Positions 45,741-47,153 of a stretch of DNA of 47,153 bases are shown piece by piece (positions within the stretch are counted from its first letter, which is position 1; every line of letters begins with the position of its first letter). Source of the stretch: Octopus bimaculoides (Eukaryota); NCBI RefSeq assembly GCF_001194135.2, contig NC_068998.1, forward strand, positions 10,904,022-10,951,174, read 5' to 3'. Under the pieces are notes generated by a model. That model saw nothing but the letters and a program-made list of their open reading frames with translations, had not been told where the DNA came from and did no database searches. The translations under genes were made by a program, and so were the position numbers.

Positions 45741-46255
45741 TGGCCATGCTGGAGCACCGCCTTTAGTCGAGCAAATCGACCCCAGGACTTATTCTTTCGG
45801 TCTCTTTTGCCGAACCGCTAAGTTACAGGGACATAAACACACCAGCATCGGTTGTCAAGTGATGTTGGGGGGACAAACACAGACATACAAACACATACAC
45901 ACATACATATATATATACATATATACGACAGGCAAGTGTCTTCTACTATAGCCTCGGGCCGACCAAAGCCTTGTGAGTGGATTTGGTAGACGGAAACTGA
46001 AAGAAGCCCGTCGTATATATGTATGTATGTATGTATGTATGTGTGTGTATATGTTTGTGTGTCTGTGTTTGTTCCTCCAACATTGCTTGACAACCGATGC
46101 TGGTGTGTTTACGTCCCCGTAACAGAGCGGTTCGGCAAAAGAGACCGATAGAATAAGTACTGGGCTTCCAAAGAATAAGTCCTGTGGTCGATTAGCTCGA
46201 CTAAAGGCGGTGCTCCAGCATGGCCGCAGTCAAATGACTGACACAAGTAAAAGAG
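45741..46255. mobile_element. Two truncated family B SINEs fused in opposite orientation (45741-45929 minus, 45930-46255 plus)
   Basis: Junction tatacgacaGGCaagtgtc; both copies lack the tRNA head. Confidence 0.88.
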
Positions 46256-46929
46256 TATATATTTTACTTAAAATATGGTGTGATGAAATATTGAGTAATT
46301 CTGTAGCATAAACTTTAACCTTATCTATTAATTAATTAATTTATTTATTTATTTTTATCCGATCATGTAATTAAAATAATTACTTTATTTAATGCCGTAA
46401 TATTGAGAACGTCTTCTTTGAAAGTTTTAATGAAGAAACTAAGTAAATAATTAGAGTTATTTCCCTTACAACACAATTGGGAAGATGCACAACTACAGCT
46501 GAACAATAAAACTATTAACTCGAAATGGGAAACTTTAAAACTATCGGCATGGCTTGTGGGAGAGCAACTGATGTTGTTTTTTTTTTCTTTTTTCTCTCTC
46601 TCCAAATTTTATTATTCAGGAAATATTGTTTAAAAGTTCTACCTGGAATAAGGTTTAAGAATTTTGTTAAAGAGATGCTAAAAATAAAAAATCGACTGGA
46701 TTTAATTTTGATCAACAGAGAGTAACTATTTCAATTTGATGCTCCATTTCCGATATCCTGTTTAATCTTCCGCTGGGAATTGTCATCCAAGCAAATAAAA
46801 CGGTTGTGCATTTGGAAGAATGTAGTAGCATAGCTAAGCAAAATACTAAATAGAAACTTCCTAACTTGGTATATTCCACCAGAATGCAATGGAAGATTAT
46901 AAAACAGGTTTTTTAAAAATATATATACT

Positions 46930-47135
46930 CTTTTACTTGTTTCAGTCATTTGACTGTGGCCAAGTTGGAGCACCGCCCTTAGTCTAGCAAATCGACTCTA
47001 GGACTTATTCTTTGTAAGCCTAGTACTTATTCTATCTGTCTCTTTTTGCCAAACCGCTAAGTTACGGGGACGCAAACACACCAGCATCGGTTGTCAAGCG
47101 ATGTTGGGGGGACAACACAGACACACAAACATATA
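46930..47135 (-). mobile_element. Family B SINE, 3' half (runs to window end)
   Basis: ctttttacttgtttcagtcatttgactg..ggagcaccgccc..ggggacaacacagac. Confidence 0.88.
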
Positions 47136-47153
47136 TATATATATATATATATA

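Noticed and set aside
46525-46910. Strong plus-strand acceptor at about 46620 and short ORFs
   Set aside because: Frames close within about 35 codons, with no donor or recognisable product.

Overview
AT-rich, microsatellite-dense eukaryotic draft-assembly scaffold with 10 N-gaps. The repeat content looks like octopus/cephalopod DNA; this is inferred from the SINE types, and no search was run. One protein-coding gene is well supported, on the minus strand. It has three visible exons (21009-21223, whose 5' end runs into a gap; 17433-17790; 13565-14857) that join in frame through GT-AG introns into about 620 aa. The protein has 8 C2H2 zinc fingers, a poly-Gly tract, a PEDLS CtBP-type motif and a C-terminal Ikaros/Hunchback-type finger pair. 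Two further candidate upstream exons lie at 26849-26929 and 32347-32432. Nearly all other ORF-track entries are translations of microsatellites, SINEs or N-gaps. The rest of the window holds about 40 tRNA-derived SINE and RTE-LINE fragments, a Tc1/mariner remnant, pogo-like and piggyBac-like MITEs, and minisatellites. The most notable non-coding items are: an inverted pair of minimal type I hammerhead ribozyme motifs (30046-30179); three more degenerate hammerhead-like cores, each anchored on a (TA)n tract; several palindromes with almost no spacer; a hidden array of about 8 hairpin units (9075-9531); a 25-bp minisatellite amplified from an RTE 3' UTR; and a 15:1 orientation bias in one SINE family. 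An Illumina adapter remnant at 19345 means structures touching gaps need independent confirmation. Repeat boundaries are approximate (about +/-10-20 nt) and family names come from recalled consensus features.
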